From a virus: DNA of 41,915 nucleotides. The position numbers were made by a program, and so were the translations under genes. Shown here one piece after another: positions 15,948-25,858 of the stretch. Where the stretch lies: the UHGV virus genome UHGV-0393368; one strand, written 5' to 3'. The notes beneath the pieces were generated by a model. It did no database searches and was not told the DNA's origin. It saw only the letters and a program-made list of their open reading frames with translations. Numbering within the stretch: the first letter of the stretch is position 1; each line of letters begins with the position of its first letter.

Positions 15948-16381
15948 AGGCTTATACTCCTGTTTCCTAATGTTTTCCTTCCGAGTGTGAATGCAAGATG
16001 GTTTGGACCTGGACAGGATTTTACAATCAGATTCCCCAAATCATAAATGATTCTTTCTATAGCGTTGGCCTGATAAATTGATGTGTATGTTATCTTATCA
16101 GGGGTTAGCGGGGTGTTGCTGTCTGTATAGTATGCATTCCTTATTGCAACTATATTTTTTCTCAGACGGTCCATTTCGTAATCCGTCCTATGGTCCTGCG
16201 GTTTCCATGTCTTAGATACAATCGTATTTCTATATCCGTACTGATTAAGGACATAAGATACCCATTTGATCGCCTGTTCGACACGGTTTAGGTCTTTGTA
16301 ATCAATGTAAGCCTTGTCGGTTAATTCTATTATGTCTGACTGCGTACGGTCAAAAATAAGGGATTCTAAATACTTACTCAT
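15944..16381 (-). CDS. Tail fibre or baseplate upper protein, N-terminal collar-motif family.
   Basis: DRTQSDIIELTDKAYIDYKDLNRVEQAIKWV motif. Confidence 0.4.
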   Translation of the reverse strand: MSKYLESLIFDRTQSDIIELTDKAYIDYKDLNRVEQAIKWVSYVLNQYGYRNTIVSKTWKPQDHRTDYEMDRLRKNIVAIRNAYYTDSNTPLTPDKITYTSIYQANAIERIIYDLGNLIVKSCPGPNHLAFTLGRKTLGNRSISL

Positions 16382-18167
16382 GTATTTTTACCTCTGCCTT
16401 AATTTCGTTGGGAGAAAAGCTATAATTATAGCTCTCAATGATACCTGTGCGGTATCCATCGTAATCTGTATCAATCTTGACTTTCTGTCCTAATTTTTTC
16501 GTTCCAACAAGCACATCCCCCACCACATTTTCTGCTCGCTGGTAATATGCATATACGCGGTCAAGCACTTGCTGCGCATTTCCGCTATAAACTAATGTTG
16601 CATCTGTCACTTCGCGAATATTTTTGTTAAATACAATATCTGGATTTTCCTTAAGGATTGAAGTGGTAAGATGGTTATATCTCTTACCAGTTAGTGTTAC
16701 ATTGCCACCGGTTCCAGTTATATAGGCATAGTTATCACCATACTGAGCAATGGTACCACCAGTTATCTCCAAACTGTGATAAGGTTCACTAAAAATAACT
16801 TCTGCCGTGCCATTCAAATTATCATTATACAATTCCTGCGTTTCGTTTGATTTCTGATAAGAATGGACTGTCAAGCGGATTCCAGTGACAATATCAGAAT
16901 GCTCCAATGTAACGCCAGAAAATACTTCATCATTTAAAAATTCATCACTCAAAGCATTTTCTTGCGGATATATAACAATTCCATCGTAATTGCTTGTATC
17001 TGCAATAGCTCCAATAGAAAAGCATATGTATACTAACGCGTTTCTCTTTGTGGTATACGGTATGTAACCATAAAGCGGAATATCTGAGAATGATTCATCC
17101 AACAAATAATTAAAATCTTCATTCTCAAATATTTTCTCTAATACCTCAGAAACCGGCTGGCCTGTATATATTCCTCCAGTGAACTCATTACCATCCAATA
17201 CACCCACTGCATCATGCGCATCCATATGGTAATCTGTTTTGTTTTTCCTTGCGCCGTTTTTAAGATAAAAATTTCCTATCAACTCACCGTTGAAATATAA
17301 AGTAAGTTTCTGCTTTTTCTGTAAATCAAACGGTATATCGGATGTTGTTCTGACCGTGAAATTTAAGGTGTTAATACTTATGCTTTCTGATATTGCATTG
17401 ATTTCTTGCAAACAGTTTCTTTCCAATAATTCGTTGTCCAGAAAATCACGGTATATTCCATAATCTATTCTGGTAACAAATACTGGCCTTATGGGTTTTG
17501 ATGTCTGCAAAAACGTGATTTCAAGTTTATTATATCCTCTCACATAGTTATTACAAAAATATCGCACTGATTCCGGGGAAAACTCCATATCTGACAATAG
17601 GTTATTATCCGCGTACCACTTTACTCTCATTCGTGTGCAATAATCTCCAGACATCATATTAAAAGTAAAAAGCAGTCCTACACTGGTGAATTTTTGATTA
17701 AAGGTTACTGTCAGCATGGGGGATTCAATTAACTTTTCAGTTGTTGATTTAGGATATAAAAACATTCCTGGATGCAAACCCATTTGGGGCTTAAGTCCTT
17801 GGCTTTGCTTAACATATCCGAACAATCCTTGTTCATTTGATACTTCTGGGCTTATATATCCATACGGAAGCGGATTATCTGGAAAATTGATATACTTTCC
17901 ATTCAGCAGAGAAAACCGTGGAAAGCATAGAGCATATCCAGGATAAGAAATATCATCTCGCTTTAATTCTGGAAATTCCTGCTCTGTTATTGTCCCACGC
18001 GGATGTAAACCAGGGCCTGGACGAAGTCCTATTCTCGGTCTTAATCCAGGTCTTGTAATGGATGCTGTACTATTTTCTTTGGCATAAGGGGCCAAGTCAT
18101 CATAAACAATCTTTAATCCCTCAGTATTCTGTTCTGCATCAGATAATATGGATTGCTTTAAAAACAC
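16374..18167 (-). CDS. Large tail protein (tail-associated lysin or Tal-like structural protein).
   Basis: About 597 aa. The start was reassigned to the GTG just after the upstream stop, with a GAGGAGG SD. It lies directly after the distal-tail-like gene that follows the tape measure. Confidence 0.45.
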   Translation of the reverse strand: MFLKQSILSDAEQNTEGLKIVYDDLAPYAKENSTASITRPGLRPRIGLRPGPGLHPRGTITEQEFPELKRDDISYPGYALCFPRFSLLNGKYINFPDNPLPYGYISPEVSNEQGLFGYVKQSQGLKPQMGLHPGMFLYPKSTTEKLIESPMLTVTFNQKFTSVGLLFTFNMMSGDYCTRMRVKWYADNNLLSDMEFSPESVRYFCNNYVRGYNKLEITFLQTSKPIRPVFVTRIDYGIYRDFLDNELLERNCLQEINAISESISINTLNFTVRTTSDIPFDLQKKQKLTLYFNGELIGNFYLKNGARKNKTDYHMDAHDAVGVLDGNEFTGGIYTGQPVSEVLEKIFENEDFNYLLDESFSDIPLYGYIPYTTKRNALVYICFSIGAIADTSNYDGIVIYPQENALSDEFLNDEVFSGVTLEHSDIVTGIRLTVHSYQKSNETQELYNDNLNGTAEVIFSEPYHSLEITGGTIAQYGDNYAYITGTGGNVTLTGKRYNHLTTSILKENPDIVFNKNIREVTDATLVYSGNAQQVLDRVYAYYQRAENVVGDVLVGTKKLGQKVKIDTDYDGYRTGIIESYNYSFSPNEIKAEVKIHE

Positions 18168-18168
18168 A

Positions 18169-18579
18169 TCACGGCCTCCTCTGCGGCTCCATAGCGGTAA
18201 AGGTAATGGATAACCCGGTCCAATGGTTACGCTCACCTTCTTTTCCGTTCTTGTTGATTTTTAAATCATCATCCCCGCTCGTTATGTATGCTTCAAACTC
18301 TTTGGTAACTTGACCATATGGAAATACCATATTATGAGACTCGACCGGAGCGGAGATAATTTCATAAAATGTATCATAGTCAGCTGGGTTACTTCTTTCT
18401 GCATCAATATCAAGCGTATAATTATAAAATGTACCGATAATATCACGGTGCATCCTATAAGACTGCAAACGTCCAGAATTTTCACTATCTGCGACCGAAA
18501 AATTTCGCTTTAAGGATTTTACCCATAGGCGGAGATTAACTCCGTCTATGGTAAATACTCCGTTCCCATTCTGAGCCAT
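18169..18579 (-). CDS. Distal tail or tail-tip protein, small.
   Basis: 136 aa. It starts at the stop of the tape measure gene. Confidence 0.35.
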   Translation of the reverse strand: MAQNGNGVFTIDGVNLRLWVKSLKRNFSVADSENSGRLQSYRMHRDIIGTFYNYTLDIDAERSNPADYDTFYEIISAPVESHNMVFPYGQVTKEFEAYITSGDDDLKINKNGKEGERNHWTGLSITFTAMEPQRRP

Positions 18580-21035
18580 TATACGCTACCCTCCGTGACC
18601 ATTCTTACACCCACACGGTTCTTTTCGTTGTTTCCAAATTTGACTACAAGCTGACCAAATCTTGTACCATCAAGTATTAGCTCCGCTTTAGCAATCTGGT
18701 TTCCACCAGATATATTGCTTTCTGCCAGCGCTTCCTTAAGTGCTTGCTTCATAGTTGATAGCGGAGACACAACTTCTGTTTCACGGTTGTTATCTCCCAA
18801 GATAGCAGCAAACATTCCTGCCCGCGGTGGTACTACTGTACCGGTTGCAAGCATTGGCATTTTATAGGGGACTGCTGCATAGGCAGACATGGGGTAGGCA
18901 CTTCTTCCTCCATACCCACCAGAATATCCGGCAGATGCAGCACGCTTACCAGCATTAATTGCTATTGTAGCAGCAGCTATTCCAGCGGCTAATGAAGCAG
19001 CTACAACACCAGCGCCCACGCCACCAGCCAAAGCGCCCAAAGCAACCGCCAAGATTCCTACTGCCGAAGCCGCTGCCAGTATACTTGCTATGACTTTTTC
19101 TGTTGGGGACATGTTGCTCCAGTTTTTGGCCAACACAGCAATCAACGATATTATGCCTGATATAGCAAGGACAAGGGGATTTATATTTGATACAGTCCTT
19201 GCTAAAAGTGAAATAACACGTTCTCCAATTGCTAAAAATCCTCCAAGATTGCTTATTAATTGTCCTATTCCCAATACAAATTCTGAAAACTTCCACGCTG
19301 CAAAAAATGCCAGTACTGCAAGTGTAATATTTTCCACCAATGTCTGGTTTTGACTTACCCAATCCGAAAATCTAGTAAGCCATTCTACAACTTTTTCCAA
19401 TGCGGCTATAATAACTGCTCCCGTCCACTCGCCTAATGGTTTTAAAAATTCTTCCCAGAGCCACAGACCTAATGGCTTAAGTGCTTCAACCACACTATGT
19501 ACTGCTTTCAACGCTGATGCAATTAAATCAAATATTTTTGGTAATGCTTGCTCTATTCCCCATTTTGCAATAGGAAGTAGTACATTGTTAAGAAACCATA
19601 ATAGTAAGTTTCCAACATCTGATACAATAGGTTTTACAGCAATCAAAGCCCTGTCAAAGCTTTCCAGCAAAGGTGAAAAATCCAAATCCGCAGACCATTC
19701 TTTTAAACTTTCTGATGCTTGACGGAAAAATCCTGTTATTTCAAGAATAATATCCCCAAGGTGCCTTAAAATGTTTGTGCCAGTATCGCCAGATACCCAC
19801 GCCTTATCAAAGTTTGTAACTAGATTACCAACTGTATCAACCAGATTTGCAAAAGTAATTAGTAAATCATCCGTGATTGCTTTCCCATATCCCTCTACAT
19901 TCCACACCTGCATAAACGATGCGCCTACATCACTTGCAAGCTGCTTAATAGCAGAGAATGTGTTTTGCAACGAACTCATTACCTGTGGGCCATTTTCAAG
20001 CCACGATTCCTTAAGCGGGTCGAACAGTTTCCCGAGCGTATCCTTTATAGCCTCTGCCTGTAGCTTAATATCATTGGATACTTCTTCCGTGGTAAACATA
20101 TCCTCTGGTTTAAGCTCGTTCTTTTCTTCGCTTTTTTTCTTTCCTGTTGTTATCTGTATCAGCTTGTCAAATGGTGCTAATGCCTTTTCTGTTTCTTTGG
20201 CTGCATCCTTGGTTTCGTCTTTGGTCTTATCCAGACTATCCGCATAATCCTGCTGAACTTTAACCGCCTTGACAAATGTATCCTTTCCAGTTAATGCCGC
20301 CAGCAGTTGCGCCGTCCAGGTGACGGCCTGGGATAACAAATTGATGAACTGTGCCAGGGCTGGAGCTGCGTACTCAACCAACGGGGAAAAGGCTGTGCCA
20401 AAGGAGTTTTTAAGCTGGGTCATACTGGACATTAGCATGGATAATGCTTTATTGGTATCATCTGAATACTGGGCCAGATTATCCATACCTTCTTTTAATC
20501 CGCCCGTTACTGCGGAAATGGCACGGAATACAGTGCTAAATAAGATAGATGTTGCAAGCATTCGGCCCAATCCCATTCGTGCACCTCGGGATGCTTTCTC
20601 AGTACCTTTTAATGATTTATTGAGCTTACTTCCACTTTTGCTTGCCTTCTTTTGCTCATTATCAACACCGAGCAGCTTTTTTTTGTAATCCTGCATTGCT
20701 TTTTTAGCCCGTTGCAATCCTGCTAATGCCTTGTCATATGGCGCATCGCCAAGTCCATAACCAGCTTTTTCAGCGTAATACAACGCATCTTTATACCGGT
20801 CCACTTCATCTTGCAAATTGCGCACACTTGGAGAAAGACTTTGTATGGATTTAGAAGCAGATGAAAATGTATGTTTCATAATGCCCGGAATATCCTTAAA
20901 AGCCTGAGGTAGCAATTTTATATAATCCATTGTGCCGGATAGCGTCCTTTTGATATCTTCGCTTCCTGTTTTTGCACCATCCGTTTTGATTTTAGTATCT
21001 ATTAATACAGTTCCATCAGGTTGCAAAGATATCAC
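18579..21035 (-). CDS. Tail tape measure protein.
   Basis: 818 aa. It has a coiled-coil-rich N-terminus, a Gly/Ala-rich TM-like central region and the typical TMP composition. Confidence 0.85.
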   Translation of the reverse strand: MISLQPDGTVLIDTKIKTDGAKTGSEDIKRTLSGTMDYIKLLPQAFKDIPGIMKHTFSSASKSIQSLSPSVRNLQDEVDRYKDALYYAEKAGYGLGDAPYDKALAGLQRAKKAMQDYKKKLLGVDNEQKKASKSGSKLNKSLKGTEKASRGARMGLGRMLATSILFSTVFRAISAVTGGLKEGMDNLAQYSDDTNKALSMLMSSMTQLKNSFGTAFSPLVEYAAPALAQFINLLSQAVTWTAQLLAALTGKDTFVKAVKVQQDYADSLDKTKDETKDAAKETEKALAPFDKLIQITTGKKKSEEKNELKPEDMFTTEEVSNDIKLQAEAIKDTLGKLFDPLKESWLENGPQVMSSLQNTFSAIKQLASDVGASFMQVWNVEGYGKAITDDLLITFANLVDTVGNLVTNFDKAWVSGDTGTNILRHLGDIILEITGFFRQASESLKEWSADLDFSPLLESFDRALIAVKPIVSDVGNLLLWFLNNVLLPIAKWGIEQALPKIFDLIASALKAVHSVVEALKPLGLWLWEEFLKPLGEWTGAVIIAALEKVVEWLTRFSDWVSQNQTLVENITLAVLAFFAAWKFSEFVLGIGQLISNLGGFLAIGERVISLLARTVSNINPLVLAISGIISLIAVLAKNWSNMSPTEKVIASILAAASAVGILAVALGALAGGVGAGVVAASLAAGIAAATIAINAGKRAASAGYSGGYGGRSAYPMSAYAAVPYKMPMLATGTVVPPRAGMFAAILGDNNRETEVVSPLSTMKQALKEALAESNISGGNQIAKAELILDGTRFGQLVVKFGNNEKNRVGVRMVTEGSV

Positions 21036-21036
21036 C

Positions 21037-21594
21037 TCACTTTAGCAACTCTGCAAAATAATCAAATTCTTCTTTAGATTTGTCAGTGGATTTTTCAAGT
21101 TCACATAGCTTTTTATTGTTCTGTAAAAACTCCTGCTCCCACTTTTCTAAGCGCTTCCCTTTTGACAGTTTCTGCCGGATAGAAAGGACCTGAGAAAACA
21201 ATCCGTCCCCAATTTCCATGAACCATCCGTAGAAAGTCCACCAATGGATTATCTGGCATCCGCGTGTTTCAAACCCTGCAATCCTGTTAACCGCCGGGAA
21301 AATAATTCCTGCGTCCTGTTCCCAGTCAATTACGCGCGGTGATGGAGTATCTTCATGCACCACACCACAGTCGATAAACCATAATGCTTTTTCTGCCGCT
21401 TCTGTTAAATCCTGCGGAGGCGGGATAACGGGCCAGTAAAGAATTTCAAGCATTGCTTGTGTTTTCTCTGGGTCAGACAATTCTTCATCCGCAAAGGCTG
21501 ATAAAATATCTAATATTGCCCGGAAGTCCTCACGAATTTCATAATTTACCCCATTAACAGAGAGAGAATATGGGAGGGACCACGCTGCACTCAT
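21037..21594 (-). CDS. Phage Gp15-like protein, tail assembly.
   Basis: 185 aa, immediately upstream of the TMP, with Phage_Gp15-like composition. Confidence 0.45.
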   Translation of the reverse strand: MSAAWSLPYSLSVNGVNYEIREDFRAILDILSAFADEELSDPEKTQAMLEILYWPVIPPPQDLTEAAEKALWFIDCGVVHEDTPSPRVIDWEQDAGIIFPAVNRIAGFETRGCQIIHWWTFYGWFMEIGDGLFSQVLSIRQKLSKGKRLEKWEQEFLQNNKKLCELEKSTDKSKEEFDYFAELLK

Positions 21595-22061
21595 TTAACA
21601 GGAAATGGATATTTTCCAGGACCAGCATTATACTGTTGTGTATATTTCCCGGCTTTACTTTCCATTTCCGTGAAATTTTTACCCGTTTCCTGCTCTATAA
21701 TTTTTTTAACGCTCTCAAGTATCACCAGCGCCCAAGGGTCGCCATTTTCCATAGGGGTAAATGGACTGGCGATTTTGAAGAAGCCAGAAGTATCTGCGTT
21801 AAATAGATAATCAAATTTTTCCTGAAGCGACTTTGCATATTTATTAATTATCTCTAACGACATTTCTTCCTTCTTCTTGTTATCAAGAGTTGTTTTTAAT
21901 TCCATCCACATATCCTCGAATGCTTTATACACATTCTGCTGCCGCTCGAATATGTCAAGGTCGGTTGGAACAAATTTGAAAGTTGCCAGCACATCTCCAT
22001 GCTGGTCCGTAAAATCGTAGTATTTAACTGGGCTTTCAATATTTATTGGAATATTAGGCAT
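21591..22061 (-). CDS. Tail assembly chaperone-like protein.
   Basis: 156 aa, between the major tail protein and the Gp15/TMP genes. Confidence 0.4.
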   Translation of the reverse strand: MPNIPINIESPVKYYDFTDQHGDVLATFKFVPTDLDIFERQQNVYKAFEDMWMELKTTLDNKKKEEMSLEIINKYAKSLQEKFDYLFNADTSGFFKIASPFTPMENGDPWALVILESVKKIIEQETGKNFTEMESKAGKYTQQYNAGPGKYPFPVK

Positions 22062-22074
22062 AATTTATCCTCCT

Positions 22075-22638
22075 TTACTCTGACAAAGAAGCTCCATCAG
22101 CCGTAAAAGTCATCGTTTTAGGGTTTACAGCGCCAAGAGTCCTATCACCTACATAGTGCACCGTATGCGTTGCAGAAACACCTTTCAGGCCTCCTGCAAA
22201 GTCTCCCAACTCAACAACACCCTCCTGCACCCATGCACGCATATTTCCGGTACTATCGGTTTTGTATCGCTTTACACAGAGATATTTCAATCTCAAATCT
22301 GACAGAGTTGCCCTTTCTTCCATGAGCGTATCTATCTTCTGAGCGTATTTACTTTCTCCAGATACATTGGTTGGGTCCACTGTCATGCTTTCTGCATAGC
22401 CGGTGATGTCATAGTTATTATTTCCAAGCACATCCTGGCTTTCTTCCGTCTCTGGATTCATCGAAATCGGCATATCTTCAACGCCTTTTCCAATAATTTC
22501 AAGTTTATCTTTTGTGATATTTGTGGTGCTTCCATCAGTTATCCAAAAGACCATAAAGTCTTTTCTTTTTGCCTCTCCATCGGCATAAGTCCATGTTGCC
22601 ACTGTCTTTCTCCTTTCAAATAAAAATAGAGCCATCAC
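22075..22638 (-). CDS. Major tail protein.
   Basis: 187 aa, upstream of the chaperone/TMP genes. Composition is beta-rich. Confidence 0.5.
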   Translation of the reverse strand: MMALFLFERRKTVATWTYADGEAKRKDFMVFWITDGSTTNITKDKLEIIGKGVEDMPISMNPETEESQDVLGNNNYDITGYAESMTVDPTNVSGESKYAQKIDTLMEERATLSDLRLKYLCVKRYKTDSTGNMRAWVQEGVVELGDFAGGLKGVSATHTVHYVGDRTLGAVNPKTMTFTADGASLSE

Positions 22639-22666
22639 ACAAGGCTCTGCGTCTTAGCGTCTGGCT

Positions 22667-23182
22667 CTACCATCTTTCAAAATCATATTTATATTCTATC
22701 GATACCGGAAGTATCCAATCCTGCACACCACTTTCCTGAGGTTCCAGGCCATAAGAGTTATCACGGGTAACTTTGGTTATCTTCCTTCCCTGGGATAATG
22801 TGGGATAATTTGATAATCGTTGCTCACTCCCATCAATCACAACCGGCTCCCGGCATAACCACTTTCCAAATGTATCAAGAAATTCCTGTATGCTCATTTT
22901 CTGGCGCTCTTTTGTGGATGATGTACGGTATATAATATAGAAAGGATACTGGCAGGTCTGGTGAACTCCTCCAATCACGTCCTCTGTTTCAGAAAAGATT
23001 AAAGCTCCGTTATCTGCCGAAAATGCAATTCCGTAATCTTTTTCTAGTTCTTCAAATTTAACAGCTTCATATTCATATAAACCTGGAAATTGATTAAGCA
23101 ACGCCTTTACCGCGGTCGTTAATACATCATAACCGCTTGCATCTTTCCCGATTGGTTTTCGTTCATCATCCACGTTTTCCAC
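22667..23182 (-). CDS. Minor capsid or head-tail joining protein.
   Basis: 171 aa in the head-tail joining module. Confidence 0.35.
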   Translation of the reverse strand: MENVDDERKPIGKDASGYDVLTTAVKALLNQFPGLYEYEAVKFEELEKDYGIAFSADNGALIFSETEDVIGGVHQTCQYPFYIIYRTSSTKERQKMSIQEFLDTFGKWLCREPVVIDGSEQRLSNYPTLSQGRKITKVTRDNSYGLEPQESGVQDWILPVSIEYKYDFERW

Positions 23183-23678
23183 CTCCAGCAGTTTTCTTGG
23201 CTTGCTTTATCCACTCTTTACCATCTGCTTTTTTGGCTGCGTCAAACCATTTAGCTTGTGCCTTAGGATGCGCTGTTTTGGTATATTGTAAATCCTCTTT
23301 TGCTTTGGTTTTTCCGCTATACTGGCTAACCAGCACTTTCTTTTCACCTTTTTTTGCCCATGTACTGCCTGTCACTGGGCTAACCATAGTTTTGCCCAGA
23401 TATAAAAACCAACTAGTAATTCCATAGGCAGCATACACTTTTCCAATTCCTTGTATTGTGGCGCTTTCGGCTCTGGTAACATCCACAAAATCGCCTGTAA
23501 CCATAGGCATAAAAGGAACCATACTATTCATGACATTTCCATCAAGCTCATACTGCGCACGCTGGAATTGTTTATCAAATCGGGATAATTTGAGCGTAAT
23601 CTTTATCTCTCCATCAACAACGGAAAAGCCTTTAAAATGTGTTGTTTTGCTCGCCATATTATTTCCCCAATATCTCAA
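23166..23678 (-). CDS. Minor capsid protein with a Lys-rich C-terminus.
   Basis: 170 aa. The C-terminus is KAQAKWFDAAKKADGKEWIKQAKKTAGGGKRG. Confidence 0.35.
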   Translation of the reverse strand: MRYWGNNMASKTTHFKGFSVVDGEIKITLKLSRFDKQFQRAQYELDGNVMNSMVPFMPMVTGDFVDVTRAESATIQGIGKVYAAYGITSWFLYLGKTMVSPVTGSTWAKKGEKKVLVSQYSGKTKAKEDLQYTKTAHPKAQAKWFDAAKKADGKEWIKQAKKTAGGGKRG

Positions 23679-24126
23679 AGTGAGGAATCACAGAGTATGG
23701 ACCTCCAACAGAGGATACCAAATATACAAAGTCATACCGGTTGTTCATATAGGCATAAAAACCGTCACGATAATCTTCATCATTTACCGGACCACTATCC
23801 CATACTCCTTCCCAAAAAAAGCAATCGTCTGAAAAATCGAATGTAATGGTATCGTCCAACAAATCATTTACCTGTCTCCTCCACTCCTTCGGAGGGAGCC
23901 AGGGCAATTCTTTACCGTCTGCATCGCGGATTATCTGTTTACCGTCTTGTAATTCGTAAACTATGTGTAATTCGGCATTATCCGTGCTATCTACCCCATA
24001 CTTTTTTAGTATTGCGCCTTTGTCGGTATTAAGGTCAACACCAGATAATACATGGGGATACCAAATACCAATGCCAGTTGTGGATGATTCATAATAGTTA
24101 AAAACAGTCACCGTGGCATTGTACAT
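23659..24126 (-). CDS. Hypothetical structural-module protein.
   Basis: 155 aa. Confidence 0.3.
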   Translation of the reverse strand: MYNATVTVFNYYESSTTGIGIWYPHVLSGVDLNTDKGAILKKYGVDSTDNAELHIVYELQDGKQIIRDADGKELPWLPPKEWRRQVNDLLDDTITFDFSDDCFFWEGVWDSGPVNDEDYRDGFYAYMNNRYDFVYLVSSVGGPYSVIPHFEILGK

Positions 24127-24141
24127 AAGGTATCCCCTCCG

Positions 24142-24405
24142 TTATTTATTCATCTGCTTATACATCTGGTTAACCCCCGTAGCCGCCAGACCAGACACAG
24201 CGCCTACCGCTACAGCCGTGATATAGTCAGTTGCCGGGAAATCTGGTATGGTTCCCATTCCAAGCGCGCCCAAAGCGCCACCCACTACAGCCATAATGAC
24301 CGGAATCCATTCGTCCGGTATCTTCTTTGCCGCTTTGCATCCAAGACCAACCACATAGCTTAAAGCCACAATAGCCACACATGTTCCCAATGTCGTTATA
24401 TCCAT
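24142..24405 (-). CDS. Holin-like small membrane protein, phage holin family 4_1 / phiLC3-like.
   Basis: 87 aa. Gly-zipper TM helices (IPVIMAVVGGALGALGMG; ITAVAVGAVSGLAATGVNQMYKQ) and the NQ.YKQ C-terminal signature resemble clostridial and bacillus phage holins. Confidence 0.5.
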   Translation of the reverse strand: MDITTLGTCVAIVALSYVVGLGCKAAKKIPDEWIPVIMAVVGGALGALGMGTIPDFPATDYITAVAVGAVSGLAATGVNQMYKQMNK

Positions 24406-24407
24406 AT

Positions 24408-24905
24408 CTACCCCATTCCGGCGTACAGCAATGGAACGCCATTATTATCTCTTACTCCCATCAGATACACCTTTGCAGTATCATACAAGAGCTTATTAGT
24501 TGCCTGTTCATCCCCTGCCGCAGAGTATACAGTACTCCAGGCTTTAGCTCCGTTAGCTATTTCAGAAGGGGATGCATAGCTGACTGATTCGGAACCGGAC
24601 GACTTTGACGTGATAACGCCTGTGGTTGCGCCGCCGGTCCCGCTGGTTATACTTCCCGCGGCGGCAGATAGCGCCTGTTTTTCTGCCAGTTCCAAACCAT
24701 ACAGCTTATCAGCTAAGGCACATACGGCTTTCTTGATTTTGGTTTGCGCTCGTTCATTGTCTGGGAGGCCATAAACCAACCTATCTCTAGTTACAATGTC
24801 AAGAAAGTCGCTTGCCCGTTCTGCTTCTTTATCAAATGATTGAGAATCCGGTATGGCGCTGCCGTAGTATTTTGTTGTGTAAAACTCATAATCAGCATAG
24901 GCCAT
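24408..24905 (-). CDS. Head-tail connector or adaptor protein.
   Basis: 165 aa directly downstream of the major capsid gene. Confidence 0.4.
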   Translation of the reverse strand: MAYADYEFYTTKYYGSAIPDSQSFDKEAERASDFLDIVTRDRLVYGLPDNERAQTKIKKAVCALADKLYGLELAEKQALSAAAGSITSGTGGATTGVITSKSSGSESVSYASPSEIANGAKAWSTVYSAAGDEQATNKLLYDTAKVYLMGVRDNNGVPLLYAGMG

Positions 24906-24988
24906 GCCGGTTCCTCCTTACTTACTTCGTGCTTTCTTACTCCCTGTCAGTTCTTCGCCGTCAGCGTCCAGGGATAAAGTGCTGGCGG

Positions 24989-25858
24989 CTACGCTCCCCC
25001 CGCGCTGATGCTTCCAACCACGATTCCATCAATTCGCTCTGCAAAAAGTTCAATTCCAGACACAACTGTATCTGATGCAGTCATATTGGTATAATCTGCC
25101 TCTTCATGAATTCCAATATATCCAGTTTCGTCAGAAGTGAACGAAAATGCTTCGTTTAAATCAGCTCCATTTACTGGGATATAATACAATACAATGTTGT
25201 CAGCAGCCGTTGCGTATATTTTTCCTTTCGGAACAGAACTATTAAAAAATACAGTTCCAAGACCCAGGAAGTTTTCCACATATGTCATACCAAATGCGGT
25301 CTGTAAAGTAATGTTTGCAGATGCAAGGTAATCTGCTATATCCAATGGGTTAAGAAAATAAACGGACTGGATTTCATCATCTTCAAAAAGCACTTGTAAT
25401 TGTCCCCATGCCTGAGCAAGAGTTGCCTGAAAACTAGCACCAGTTGCTGTCCCTGTACCCGTTGCCAAAAAATCAAAGAAATCTTTTCGGATTCCTTTCT
25501 GAACATCTCTTAGCATCTCATCTGTGGTCATATCCACTGCCTGTTCATATCCTCGGTCGATAATGGCTTCGGCTGATGTTGCTTTTCTCCATTTATGCAG
25601 TGTGATTTCTTTGTATGTGACAGGCTCTGTTTTATACTTTGACAGTGGAATGGTGTCTCCTTCTGCCACTTCCCCATTTTCCAATGTTCCAGCCGCCTTA
25701 TAAGATTTAAGGACAGTACCGGCCTGTTTCGAAATCTTTCTTGTTACACCCAGTGCTTCCGTTAATTTTTTAAGGGAATAGCCAAACATATTGGTAAATT
25801 CGACTTCGCGCACCTTGGCTAAGTCGGATTTTTTAATTAAATTTACTTCTGCTGCCAT
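24989..25858 (-). CDS. Major capsid protein.
   Basis: 289 aa following the scaffold gene. Position and size fit. Confidence 0.55.
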   Translation of the reverse strand: MAAEVNLIKKSDLAKVREVEFTNMFGYSLKKLTEALGVTRKISKQAGTVLKSYKAAGTLENGEVAEGDTIPLSKYKTEPVTYKEITLHKWRKATSAEAIIDRGYEQAVDMTTDEMLRDVQKGIRKDFFDFLATGTGTATGASFQATLAQAWGQLQVLFEDDEIQSVYFLNPLDIADYLASANITLQTAFGMTYVENFLGLGTVFFNSSVPKGKIYATAADNIVLYYIPVNGADLNEAFSFTSDETGYIGIHEEADYTNMTASDTVVSGIELFAERIDGIVVGSISAGGA

